Shown one piece after another: positions 38,677-52,158 of a stretch of DNA of 64,000 nucleotides. Source of the stretch: Bigelowiella natans CCMP2755. Lineage: Eukaryota > Protista > Cercozoa. The position numbers were made by a program, and so were the translations under genes. The stretch's first letter is position 1, and every line of letters begins with the position of its first letter. The stretch covers positions 2,460 to 66,459 of the forward strand of contig ADNK01000630.1 in the NCBI GenBank assembly GCA_000320545.1. Reading direction: 5' to 3'. Below the pieces are notes generated by a model, which was not told the DNA's origin, searched no databases, and saw only the letters and a program-made list of their open reading frames with translations.

Positions 38677-39772
38677 CGTGCCCAAATAGATACAAGTTTA
38701 CTTCAACTAGATATTGGGGAAAACACAGAATTAGAAAGACATTTATCAGAATAACACAGCGACCTTCTCTTTGTGGCCGTGCTCACACGAAATTATACCT
38801 TTTTATTGTTGTGGTACTCAAAGATTTGTTAAAGATAACGTAGGATCATACTAAATAAAGAGATCCTAATAACATGGCATCCTGTATCAACAATCAAACC
38901 AACAGAAATATTTAAATTTTTCTGTACGCACGCATTGTTACTTGAGCACTTGCTTGGGAAGGAAACTAAGGCCTGCGGCAACACAATGAAACTTCTGCAT
39001 AAATTTAAGTGCATTCCTTCACTTTGACATCACATTTTATTTGTCGTTGTATTTGATTTGGGAGCGGTCCACACTCTTTGCAAGAAATACAGGGGGAAAC
39101 GGTTCCTTCAGGACGTTTGTTCCACAAAAATGCACAAAATAGTCGCTACCACAGTACCAATTCAACCCTCTGCACAGAACCAATTCATCGATTCACTTGT
39201 TCATTTTTGACATTTTCAACATTCATGAATGCATGAATGCAAGACTTCCATGTTCGTTGATGGCCTCTGAACGAAGCAAAAAAGGACTGCAACGGGTTTC
39301 GATAAAAATTCGGCTGAAACCTGGTTGCGCACTACTGTCGTTGTCCGTTTGTTGTGCTTGCAAACACAAAACAGCAGGATTTGTTCAACAGGATTCGTTG
39401 TTCGGCAAAAAACATCAACTACGCCGAGGCCATTGAGCACGTTCCGAGATAGATAAATGTCGCACATATGAAATACAAGCTAAAAGGACAAGCAGTATGA
39501 TATAGGTGGATGTCGCACATGTGAAATGCAATCTAGGATTGCCTTTATGTGCATCATCGAAGCGCATCAAGTTTTTTCTTTTAGACCACTCCCTGGCGCA
39601 GAAAGTTCGAAGTGATCCGACAAGAGAAAATGACTATTCCTAAACTTGTTCAAGCGTTCCGAGGGGGAAATCTTCAATTGTGAGCAAAAAAGAGAGAAGA
39701 GTTCTCCATTGTTTCTTTCTTTCTGCACTTGGCATAGTTATACACAACTAGCACGACGCTGTAACAACGACG

Positions 39773-39989
39773 ATGGGGAATGAGTTCAGTCGAGAGGAAC
39801 TACAACTGGTGGGTGGTCCACCCGATGCCATCACAACGATCAACATATAAATATCATGATTGTGATGTTTTTTAGGAACTTATTCAGTTGACATGGAAGC
39901 TAGCGTTTGATAGGGACTTCCACTCGGTTTGAAATCTATTTGTGTTCACATCTGAAGTCGTCGTAAACGCAGGGAGAGAGAAAGAGGGA

Positions 39990-40027
<38 letters not shown>

Positions 40028-41336
40028 CCTGTAACCATATATTCATTGTATTCATGTTGAAGCATTTTTCCTCAGATGCTCAACCCTCCCCAAACAATAT
40101 ATTCGAATGAAGTTAATTCGAATATCAAAGCTATACCAAGCGTCTCAACGTACGAACACGTGTCTCTTACGATGATATTATGGTGTTTCATTTCAATCAT
40201 AACAGGCCTCTTTTTTAAACATTATCTCAGTCTTGATGACACAGCCGAAGCTACATCTCGGATTGACGATAATACGAAGGGTTGGCGTCCATGTGATGAA
40301 AATAAGAGCGAGAATCAGCGGCATGCTGCACGTTTCCAGTCATTCGATATCGAATTTGTCGGAAACTATTTTAAAGAGTGCCCCGATTTAAGGTTCGAAA
40401 ATCCATTACCTGACCGACAAGGGAAAACAAATGCTCTCTTATTCTTGTAAATTCTTGTAAAAATATGATGATGAATACGATGATTGATACATTTCAGAAA
40501 TCGCTTTGCGAAGGAAATTTTAATAGTAGCTAAAATGATTACTGGATTTATAAAAGGAATTATTTTCAACAAGGTGTGTATTGTTAGTTATATTATCAAC
40601 CCTGATCGTAATATATTCCAGTCGAAAGTAGACGCCATGATTTCCAGATTCGTAAAGTCGCACGCTCGCTATGCGTTAGAGAAGAAACATTTCGAGGGGT
40701 AAGACAAAACGTTGAACAATCTCGGTGCGTCTTACTACAGCAGTAATCTCAGGTTTACAAAGGCAATCGTCACAACAGTACAATTTTTTTGGGCAATTTT
40801 GGGCATGTATTTAGTGTTTGTGCCATAGGTAGTTTCAAGGATAGGAAGATTTGGATCACCAAAGATACAAGAATTATGGACCAAAGTATGAGTAGCCCCA
40901 AAGTACGCTATATTTTCATTGTGAAATTTTAGACACATCTCAGGTGTCTACCGTACTGAGAAGGCGAATGTGGAAGGTAAAATTTGTAGTTGAAAATCCT
41001 TACTTTTCATTGGGCGATACAATGCTCAAACACGTTCGATTTTTACACTGCCTAATTTTTATTTTATTTTAGGCTTACAGTCATAACATGAGGAGAAATA
41101 GTAGTCAGAGCACTATAAAAAGTGGTAGTAAAAGTAGTAGTGGAGGTAGTGGAGGTAGTCAGAAAGTAGGCATGAGAGGTAATTCCAGTCCAAGATCGCC
41201 GACAGGATGGATTACACCCCCGAAACTACAAAAGCACTCATCAAAGAGTAATGCCAAACAAAGAACGATTAAATGCCTTGTTCATAATCTGTGCATCTGT
41301 TTCAATAGATACCGGATATACAAGCAGTTCATGTGA
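39773..41336 (+). CDS. Single-domain 3/3 globin with N-terminal MGxxxS motif, A-B insertion and Ser/Gly-rich tail
   Basis: MGNEFSREELQL-ELIQLTWK (A-helix Trp), FVGNYFKECPDLR (B/C, conserved Pro), RFAKEILIVAKMI (E), SRFVKSHARYALEKKHFEGFTKAI (proximal F8 His and G helix), IQELWTKV (H-helix Trp). Confidence 0.8.
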
Positions 41337-41339
41337 TGA

Positions 41340-42600
41340 AGATGATCGCAAAAACATTGACCGACTTCAAGTTCCGAGGAACGACGATGAAAAAAACATG
41401 TCAAAGGCGACATGAAATGGCATTGTGTGCTAGAAGTAAGAGGGCACAGTCTATGAAATGGAATCAAGTTTGCTTTCAGCATGAATGAGGGAAAGACACC
41501 AAGAAGCACATCAGCCAGAATGACCTTTTTCCATTGTTAGATTGCACAAGCTTGCTTGCTTGCGGAAAACAACAAGTGAGGGTGAGACGACTGCGTCATT
41601 CGCCATCTCTACCCTCGCCAATGGCCCATTGATCCTAGCCAAAATTACTTGATTGCAACAATTCATTGTGGCATGCGCAATACTGCTGCGTGAAGTTCCA
41701 TGTTCGATTTTCGATGCCCACATGACTGTGGAAGCAGCACACGCTGCGTGCACAGTGTGTGGTGCATGCTAGCATGCATCGCTCACGTCCATTGTTGACA
41801 TTCCCATGCAAAATTCAAAAACTTGCACACAAGCTTTGTGCATCATGATTTTTGTTTGCACCATGTGGATTTGTATCAATGCTTTGCTCAACATTCAACA
41901 CACCTAGACACCAGCACGTGCGGGGCTTCCGCATGCAAACGTCTGTTTCCGCCATGTGATCTGTGTTCACCTTTGCGCAGCGCACTTTTTGCATCACAAT
42001 GCGAATTTCAATGTTTCAACCTAGCAACGCACAGCGCCAGCAGTGGTTGTGGCTTGCAACAAACACAATCCCAGCTGTTGTTTTTCATTCTCTGGCTGGC
42101 AACTCCAGAACTGTGACGTCACTTGCGTTTGTTTGTGCACCGTGTGCACGTTGAAGCTCTGAAGCTTCCTGCAACTGTGGCTGTGCTGCAGCTGCAGCTG
42201 CGCCGCGCACGGCACAGATCTCACCGTGGAAGACCTCACCCACTCATCACACGTGCACGCAACAAGTGTGTGAACGAGTGAATGTGAACATGAACGAAGT
42301 GATTCAGTTGGAGCTGTGTGTGCAAAGAGCGGTTGGAAAAATCATGGACACGCTGCCTCATCCTTGGCATCGCCAATCTATTAGAACACGGAGAAAAAAA
42401 TAGGGTTTGTTTCACATTCGCCGGCATCGGCCACGCTCAGACAACCTTGGGAGGGCACAGATGTGCATGGTTCGATGTGCACACATCGACGCTTTTGGCA
42501 CACCATTCCCGCCTGCAAGCAGCATTAACAGCGACAATTCGGATTCATTGTCGCTACAACAAAATCCTCTTCAGTTTTCCCCAAAAACAGCCAACATATA
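41340..42600. other. TpA-depleted intergenic tract
   Basis: Hand count for 41701-42360 finds 4 TA in 660 bp, 3 of them in CTAG. Confidence 0.92.
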
Positions 42601-42649
42601 TCAGTGAAGTCATCTGTTAGAGCACCTGCCAAGCTCATTGGCCCTTTCA

Positions 42650-43859
42650 ATGGCGCCCCCCTCACCCTCCTCATCTTCCTCATCATCCTCTTTATCTGAC
42701 CTCAATGAACTTAGCAACATCTACCAACTTGTCCACATCGATCACAAAGACACCCTTGATGAGGGATTGTTGGCGACAATTGTGGAGGGAGGCGTCTTAA
42801 CTATGAAGTACTACTGTCCAGTGTGGATACAGTCTTTTTCATCTTCTTAGGCTCATTCTAAGCTGCAGATGTTCTCAGGGTTACCAATGTGCAGGATACA
42901 TGGGGGGGACAATTCGGCATTCCGGAGCTCAGGAAGCATGTGCGGTCAACAGTACATACCACTAGCACATCTCACACGTGCTTTCCTCATTAGATCGAAG
43001 GCGCAGGTTTGAAGAATATTCCTGTAAAAGAGATGATTCATAGAATTTTGCGATCGTTGAGCAAACCTGGTGGATTAGAGCTCCATGTTGACAAAGCATC
43101 AGTCCCTCAAGGCAGTGATAGAAGAGCCACGCTATTCGTCAACTACAATGTTGATGGTATTCCGCTCCAAGGAAGGTTGCACAAATTAATGGATATATCT
43201 GTGAGAGTTCGTTTATATTTGCCACTACTGCAGATTTAAACTGGTACGAATGAAGCTGGCGGATGAATCAGGCACAGAGAGCCAAGCAAAGGCTGTCATG
43301 GATATCATACGAGACCTTGTCAGCACACTCAATAATGGTAGGTGACCACTCCCAACAAATTCGTGCAAAAAAAGTAGATGGTAAGACTGGTTGATTACAT
43401 CTGGTCCATTGAAGGCGTTTCAGCATCTAACAAACTGGGATCGACGAGTTCATACGAACAGAAGATAACAACGCTAGAGGTTACGATGACAAACCATTTC
43501 CCGTGAGGATGCCTTAAGAACATGCATACATTATTCTTAGGAGAAGCTCAAATCATTACAAAATGAATTAGATGCGGAGCGCGCCCTCCGTACACAGTGC
43601 ATGCTGGAATCATCATCCTCCACGGGTTCTTACTATTCCCCGCTCTAGAATGGCATGCAATGACCTCTATTATTTAATCAATCAGGGGCACCTTTGAAGG
43701 AAAAAAAGGCTCGCAAACCGAAGCTCCAGAATCGAAACATTGTGAATCCATTGATTCGAAGGTCTTAAAAAACGATTCAATTTTTATTTAAATTTAATCT
43801 AATGGTTTCTGTTCGATAGGAGAAAACGACAAAAGGTCCAGGTAGGACGGAGACGGTGA
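42650..43859 (+). CDS. Small head-domain plus coiled-coil protein, possibly PAXX/XRCC4-superfamily
   Basis: Spliced exons give a mixed beta/alpha N-terminal region, a coiled coil (YEQKITTLE-EKLKSLQNELDAER) and a basic C-terminal RNIVNPLIRRRKRQK resembling the PAXX SLINPGFKSKK motif. Confidence 0.45.
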
Positions 43860-44571
43860 GATAAGACAGCTAGCTGGCACAGAGTTGTAAGACAGGGATA
43901 CTCGGATGTGCTTCGTGTCAATTTGGTGTTCGTTGTACATATGTTGTGGCAAGTTGCAAAGAAGATATCTATGCCATGTCGTAGTCATAGCCCGGAAGAC
44001 GCCTCCAATGTGATCGACCGGCACAACAACATACATGTCGCAGCATGCACCTGGTAGCCTGGCCTGCTCGGTCATAGTACATGCATAGAATACTGATGTA
44101 GTCCATCGGTGACAATGAGCACGAATACTTGCATGTCTGCCGCCGAATTTCAGGAGGCATGCGTGCAACATACATGTCAGTCATGGTTCAAACTTGCACG
44201 TAGAAGCCAATGAAAGTGGCTGCGTAAATTGTAGCGCCGCTGTGTACTAGTTTATGCTGTAGCTTGTTATTCCGAAATTGCTTTGTGGACGCGATTCCGC
44301 TCGCTGGCAGTCAGCTCGGTAAATCTAGACCTAAAGACTTAGGTAATGCGGTCGTCTGTCACATGTGATGTAGCGTAGACGCAAGCATGAATGCATCTAG
44401 ACGCTGCTACAATAGTACTTTTGCGATGTACGCTGATATGAAACTTAAATCGCGACAACAATACGCAATGCGAGTCTCGTTTTCATTGCTATCTAGCTAT
44501 GCGGCGATCGCGGACCATATGGCAACAATTCGACCTCCTTCGTGTACATGCACTTCATTCCAATCCTGTCA

Positions 44572-44767
44572 TCACTCCGTAATTACATGAAAGAAAACAG
44601 TGACAGATGATGACCAACTCATTCGATATTTTTGGCTTCCAATTAGTTTTATTCTGCTCCCATTTAGTCTTTTCGACAAAGTTAAAATCTGAGGATGAAG
44701 CAATTCAGACTTTAAGCATGGACACTATGACACGACCGCGCGCGCGCGCGCGCACACACACACACAC

Positions 44768-44807
<40 letters not shown>

Positions 44808-45426
44808 ATATTAAAGCTCGCACGCATAAAATAAGGACCAAATAAATAATAATTGTGTGTTTATTAATATTCACATTTGTGTACACGCAGCTCGCACGCG
44901 TGTGTGTATATGTTTGCGTAAGCGTGAGGGTTGGACTTATATGCATAGTATATGTCAAGGAAGCATATGTTATTGCTTTATACTATGTAATGAAACAGTG
45001 AAAGGGACTTACTGCTACTCAATTAACAAATTTCGATAACGTTTCAATCACCTGCGCTCCTTTTTTAAGGTCTTCCACGCATTTATGTGCTATCCGAGAG
45101 AGGATATCTTCACTGAAAGCAGTAGAGGCTACAAAAATAACCTGTTAAACGAAAATATACTCACTATATAACGGAAAGTCAACTATCTTCAACGTATCGA
45201 GCGCGCCTAGAAATTCAACAATAAATTTTGCAAACATATTCTTGATAATATGAGTATAACCATATTTCCATAAAAAGTATTCCTAGAAAGGAGGAGTTGT
45301 CGTTTATAACGAGGGAGAACGTACGAATTAAAGCAGAAATTAATACTATGTTACATCTGCCAAGTTCCAGGATAACGACGAAGATGATGCCACTGTTGCA
45401 GTTGTCTTTGTTGTTGTTGTTGTTGT

Positions 45427-45458
<32 letters not shown>

Positions 45459-46762
45459 GTGTCGATGGTGATGACAACGACTTGGTACTGAACATGTCCT
45501 CATTTACGAATTTTACAGACTTCATTCTTTCCAAGAATAAAGAACTCTCCTGTGATGATGAGGAAGAGGATGATGATGAAAATGACGATATTCTCTGTGC
45601 CAGCTCTCGCAGACGTTCCTCTGAAAGATAAATTGATTTTTTGATTGTTATAATTTGAAGGTATCCTCTCCAATAATTCCATTTTTGTTTCACCTGCAAC
45701 ATTATGAAGAGACTTGACGATCTCAACACCCGTGCATCTAATAGGGTTAGTAGTAAACTGTTGTCATCACCAGAAGCATGGCAACAAGCGTCTACCATCC
45801 TTATATCCTTACCATCACCACCACCATCGTCATCATCGTCATCATCATTATCATCGTGACTCTCCACCGGTACCTTTGGAACCCAATGGCTATCGATGCT
45901 ATCAGAACGGCTTTACCAGTGCCGCTGCCTAGATACAAAAAAAGTTAAATTAATTGTTAATGTTGAGAAATGACAACTACATTTGTTCCTAGGCAGCAAA
46001 CAACTACATTGGTCGTCGTACCCACCAAGATCACAGAAATGCTTTGCATGTGGGTTCAGAGACTTCACACGCATGAGAATGTGGGCAAAAGACCAAAAGG
46101 TAACCTAGATGCATCATATTCTTATTATTTAACGCAAATTTGATTCCAGTCCTCTGTTTTTTAAGGAAGCCGCATGTAATTGATAACATACTCCTAGTAC
46201 TAATTACTAGGTTGATGAAAATCCTTGTCGGCACCATCACATACCTCGCCATATGTGAGCATTCTTGTTGATATACTGCGACCTTTGTAATAGTATCAGT
46301 TATTATGTGGCACAGTATAAATCAGACATAAATCTAACACCGGAATTACTATTATTATTATTACTACTACTACTACTACTACTACTTCATGGAAGCGCTT
46401 TTTTGTTGTACCTTCAGCTTCGAATATTTTTGCCTCCCTCTGTGAAAGCTTCCGTGCATCGCTTGGAGTCGTCTTCACAAAAATAGAAGATAGAAGCTTG
46501 TATGCTTCTTGGCTACAGAATAGCAATCGATGTTTAACAGTCAATGGGAAATAATTGCTACTAAATATTAATATGGAATACGTGACTCACAATGCCATAC
46601 ATTCAATCAACTACATTGGCTTTGTGCTAAGCTTTATCCTCATATCTTCGTCCAATATACCAGTGCAATCCAAGCACACCATTGACCTTCATCAAAATTT
46701 TATATGGTATGATAACATCTTGTTCCGTGTATGTCCATATGCATGTATGGAGGGTGGGAGAG

Positions 46763-46815
<53 letters not shown>

Positions 46816-47160
46816 AAAAGAATATTTCGAGGCCTAAAAATGTATTGACCATGATGATCATTTATTCTGAAAATTTCAGACTGCATTGATGGTGCTGCTA
46901 CTAAAATACCTTGGATGATTGCAGCCGACAATATGATGCAAATCCACAGTTGTAGTTGTAGTGGTACTGCTACTGCTACTGCTGCTGCTTTGACAGCAGT
47001 ATCCGGGATTTATACTGCGTTTCTTCGTTTCATAGAGAGAGGTAGATTGAACTTGGTGTTTTTTGTCAAGTTCTCTCTCCTGATGAACTGTCGCCGGAAA
47101 AGTAGATTCTCGACTGGAAAATAACCCACTGCAAGAACACGTTTTTCATCACAATACACA

Positions 47161-47222
<62 letters not shown>

Positions 47223-47375
47223 GAGAGAGAGAGAGAGAACGAGACACAAGTTTCTTGAGAACGCAGGGGAACTTTCACGGAAATGAGATTTCATTGACCT
47301 TGTTTTATTTTTAACATTGTCTTTTGCCTTCTGCGCATAGTATTTCGCCTTTGCTTTTGCACGATAATCCTCCAT
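44572..47375 (-). CDS. DOT1-like class I SAM-dependent methyltransferase
   Basis: MLTYGE-VTFWSF, HFCDLG-SGTGKAVLIAS, CTGVEIVKSLHNVA, VIFVASTAFSEDIL...LKKGA, ILTLSKRL...MSWSSSVTVFFH. Confidence 0.82.
44738..44802 (+). repeat. Compound (CG)n(CA)n(GA)n intronic microsatellite
   Basis: cgcgcg...cacaca...gagaga read directly; similar (CA)n(GA)n compounds occur at about 8367-8431 and 47156-47240. Confidence 0.9.
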
Positions 47376-47920
47376 GAAAGAAGGGGGAATGTTTCTTCTT
47401 CTTCTTCTTCTTCAAATTTTGCTTCTGCTTCTCCCTCTCTTCCCCTTACTCTTCCTCCTCAAATTTGCATGTTCCCCATGGTAGCTGGCACAAGGTCAGG
47501 CGACGGTCATCGATTAAAGGCGGATCAGAGTACTGGTATACGAGTACGATGCGCACTAATTTTATGTTAAATTAAAGGCGATCAAGATACTGCGACTTGG
47601 GATAGATAATCCTAGTTATTTTATATTTGTGAGCGAAGGATGTCATGTTGACGCATGAGGTAAATCATAGGCCATTTTCCTAAAAAATATAGTGTTGTCG
47701 TTGCATCAGGGAGTTGACCGGGTTTCTCATTCCCTCCCCTCTCTCACGGCTCAACCATCAGGGGGAAGAGGTCAACTTAAAAAATAATACATTTGGCGTT
47801 AGAAAACACACAAAGATAAAACAGTGAATCTGTAGGTTGTGGTACTAGCCTGTTTGGTTGAGTTAAGCGCTCATCATTATCATCATCATCATATCATCAT
47901 GTGCATTGTTACACAGATCA

Positions 47921-48642
47921 ATGGCATCCAGCAGTTCGTCTACTCATGCACCACCTCTCCCTTCCTCCCAGAGCGACTCAAAAATAGATCCAAGCTCCAG
48001 CATAAGTCCACCCTCCTTTCCAAATAAAGGTTCCTCCGCGTTTCCCCCAATGCTTCGCTCTCCCCAGCAATCTTCTGCTCCGCCTTCAGGACTACAGCTT
48101 CCAGCTTTGGTGCGCTCAAGCAGCTCGGGGCGACCACATTTCAGGTAGTAGTTCTTTGGCAACAATAATTATTTGAGAGAGTATAACTTTCACGTCTTGA
48201 GTGTGAAATATATTATGCCATGCAAATATCATGCACATCAAAGCCAAAAATACCATGCGTGGTTGTAACAGCAATTATGATGCTTGTTGTCTTAATATTC
48301 ACACGTGCGTAACTTAGTGGCGGAGACTGGAGGATCAATGTTGCAATAGAGGAAAGAACAGCCGTAAGAGAGAAGATTACTGCTGCATACAAGAAGAATT
48401 GCCCGTCCTATGAAGACTTACTCCAGCTTTGCGTCGCAGTGGATGAGGAGCTCATCTTTTCTGGATGCAACAGCCGAATGGAATACTTCAAAAATGCTGT
48501 CCAATGGAACAATCGACTGCTTGTCAAGTCTAAACAATTAAATGGTAAAGTAAAGCTTGGAGGATCATCCAATGGGAGTTCGTCTGCCAAGCGACCCCTT
48601 TCATCGACATCCACCGCTCAATTGCAGAAACGAGCAAAGTAA
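47921..48642 (+). CDS. Small two-exon protein with a Ser/Pro-rich N-terminus and a KIX-like domain
   Basis: GDWRINVAIEERTAVREKITAAY...LCVAVDEELIFSGCNSRMEYF matches the KIX pattern DWR....R..++.KI....E..++..A.S+.EY; basic C-terminus. Confidence 0.65.
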
Positions 48643-48919
48643 CACTGATTGTAAAGTGGGAGGATTGAGGAATTACACGCTTCATCAATTGATTCATTGC
48701 GTAAATGATATGGACTCAACAAATTCCATATACGTAATTTGGAATTTATCTACTTTTTTCAAAGTCTCCGTTACCAGTAGCAACTTCAATTATTAAACAT
48801 TAAAATTGTTTTAACATGGAAGCAGCAGCGTCAACAAGCCCATAAAATTTTTTCTACTATAGAATTATTGTTTTCGGCTACCACGACTATTACTACTACT
48901 GCAAAGGTAGTCAGCTTTG

Positions 48920-49660
48920 CACATTTTCCAATTAATGATGCCTAGATGCACTGCATGTAGCACAAACATTGTGGGCATGCATGACCCGTACATGAGCTCA
49001 TTTCTAGAAAACAAAGCCCCCAATCCGCATAGTGTCAGAATTTATGAAATCATGCATTCATCATGTTCTAGTCTAGTAGTGTTCAACACCGCACATGCGT
49101 GTGCATCTCTGCATGTAGCAGCGCTCGCCATTATTGTTGACTATTTGAGTAGTGCGTAGTGTGCATCTCGAGCATTACCTTTCGCATGTATTAATAGACT
49201 AGCTAGTAGTGCTAAAGTGTAGCGCAGGCATCGAAAATCTAGCAATTGATTGCAACTTGCTAGCTTGGAATGAAGTCGTGCACGCTCATTATCACTATAG
49301 ATTATGCAATGGCCCACTTCAGTCTAGCAGTGGAGGTGATTTGTGACCGGCTCGCACGGTTTACGATTTTGCCCACATTAGAAATGCACATCAATAATCC
49401 TAAAAATCAAACTATTGTATCAGCGCGATTGGGCGCTACATGCACTCTAGCACTCACGCTGCGTTGTTCGTCAAAGTGTGGCTCATGCATGGCTTTATTT
49501 GCATGAAACTTGCAGTTTCGATCTTGTGACACATGCACAAAACTTGCGTCAGAATGGCCATTCTAGCATTGCAAAATTGGTCAATTCGCCATCCGTGATG
49601 ATTTAAATTCTAGACAAACATGCACAAAACCAAACAAATCTAGAACTTTGCAACTGAGGT
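48920..49660. other. Partly TpA-depleted, CTAG-rich intergenic tract
   Basis: Frequent ctag, tgca and catg between convergent gene ends; a weaker signal than the 2.1-3.1 kb and 41.3-42.6 kb tracts. Confidence 0.6.
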
Positions 49661-49686
49661 TTACTTAATCTCGGAGGCCGTCGTCA

Positions 49687-50815
49687 CTATTGTTCCTCTC
49701 TTTTGTTGTCATCATCAAGGTATGAGAGCTTCTTCCATAGTTTTATCTGATTCTCGACATCGACCTTCTTATTATACCTGTAGGTTAGGAGATTATAATA
49801 CCAAATCAATGCGAGTTCAATCAGTGAAATTACGCCGCACAGACGCATGATCATCGTCATGATCGGCATACCATCACACCTACTACTTTCTCGCCCGCAT
49901 AGCAGACAAGAAAACACCAATGATAATGTATAAATGTATACCAGAAGTACATGGATAACATCTCCACGAATACCATATCATATGTTTTTATACACTGTTG
50001 AATAGATAGTTGTTAGTCGTTGTCGTTGTCGTCGTCGTTGTCGTCGAGAACGTCAATAAAATTATGTTCACTACAATTTTAAAGGAAAAACTGTGTTGAA
50101 TGATTATTTCGTACTGGTCTGCCCAGTCATATGCCGTCATTCCCTCGAAGTCTCTCAATTCAGTGGATGCGCCATACTTGATCAACAACATCACAACCTG
50201 AAAAAAGAACAGTCAATCAACCATCATTAAGTAATAAGTGACATTAGACAATAATGAAAGCACGTATGCGTAGGATTATTATCAAAATCCTTCGTTCCCT
50301 CCTCCTGTTCACTTTCTAGATTGGTCAAGATGTTGTAGCATAAACCAGAAGTATACATGGTTACCAACAACTACAACAACAATGTGCCCCCCCCCACATT
50401 TTATTGTAGTTATTGTGTTGTTGTCATACTAATGACCAACTAAGAATGATCGTCGTTGGATGGGTCAGCACAGCTGCTGCTCCTAGCACACATGTGGTAG
50501 AATTATTTGCCAACAACAACAACAACAACAACCTCTGCATGTCCACCCTTAGCTGCCTCCATTAGCGGTGTCCTTCCATTCCAATAGTCTTGATGATCCA
50601 CACAGGGATTGTTCTCAAGCAGCACCTTAACCACCTACCAATGTACCATATAGTGGTAATCATGGAATAAGAACATAACATGTTCCAACTTCACTCAACA
50701 AATTCTCAATACTGCGACGCTCATCATTAATATCATCATCGCCATAATTCATATGCCACTACTTCCACCATTTTCTTCTACTTTTGTCCATATTCATAAA
50801 ATCTGCAATCATCCC

Positions 50816-50865
<50 letters not shown>

Positions 50866-52158
50866 GCTACTCTTCTTCTTCCTCCTTCTCCTCCTTCTCA
50901 AAGCCACTTGTACGTAGTACCTCAATATGGCCTCTTGCAGCAGCTTCTTGCAACCCTGTACGCCCTTTGCCACGGCCAGGTTCAATCTAAGAAGAGGGGG
51001 CGAGGAGGAGGAGGAGGAGGGATTACAACGATAAACAATGCGTAGCAGTAAGTAGTCGTAGTAGTGGCAGCAGTAGCAGCAGCAGTTGAAGAAGCGGCAT
51101 CACCATCATCATCATCATCATCATCATCACCATCATCATCTGTAGCTACTACTACTACTACTACTACTACTACTGCTGCGTATTACTACTACCTCATCAT
51201 CTAGCTGCTCGATATCGATTCCATAGTTAATCGCAGCCCTAGGTAGGTAGGTAGGTAGGTAGGTAGGTAGGTAGGTAGTAGGTGTGCGATGATGATAGCG
51301 TTTATCAGCAGTGAAGACCACATGAAATGCTTAGTACGTGTGTGATGATAACATTCATCCAGTTGTCAAGACTACATGCAATCCTTTTCAACATATCATA
51401 TGCTATTTCCCCCTTTGCACTACCACCACCCTCCCCCCTCCTTGTTGTTCTCAGTTTTTGTTAATCATTGTTCTACTACCGGACGAATGCAACGTCTCCC
51501 ATCCTACAGGACGTCATCCACCCTTTCCAATACTCTAATCCTACATCCTTGCTTGAGTCCCAAACCGACACAACTACAGCTTTGCGGCCCCGATTTCTTT
51601 TTGTGAGAAGGAAGTGTTGTTGTTGCTGCTGCTGGTGGTGGCGCGGACGATGATGGTAATGGCATGCGGAGGTGTGGGCCAAGGGCGAGTAGGAGTGTAG
51701 TAGTATCCTGGGAGAACATATATCACCTTTATGCTCATTGGGAAATCAATTTAATGGAGACTGTGTTTGTTACAGCCTGGATTATCCTTATCATCATCAC
51801 CACCATCAACACCACGTGTATGATATTTCTTCATAGTTGACAAGAAGATGGCAACACACCTTTGCGGTAGCTCTTGTGTCGTGGGAGAACCTCTGTGGCG
51901 AAGAAGACGATCATCTGTATCATGGAAGCTTCTACTACCGCTATAGCTGTGTTGTCTATATCTGGTTCTAGAGAGAGAATGGAGACTCGGCAGGTGGACA
52001 ATCCGTTTGCCGTGTGCCTTGGGTGGAAATTAGAGAAAGAGGAGGTGAGAGGAAGAAACAACAACAAAATAAAATGAATAAGCAAAACTTTTGCTCGAGT
52101 TACCACATGAAATAGTTATTTTGAGTGTAAGGAGAATACGCACCTTGATGTATGGCAT
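49687..52158 (-). CDS. Ankyrin-repeat protein with a long N-terminal leader (possible targeting sequence)
   Basis: GRTGLQEAAARGHIE-VVKVLLE, GRTPLMEAAKGGHAE-VVMLLIKYGA, EGMTAYDWA; ends ...DDDNKREEQ*. The 5' end is uncertain. Confidence 0.8.
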
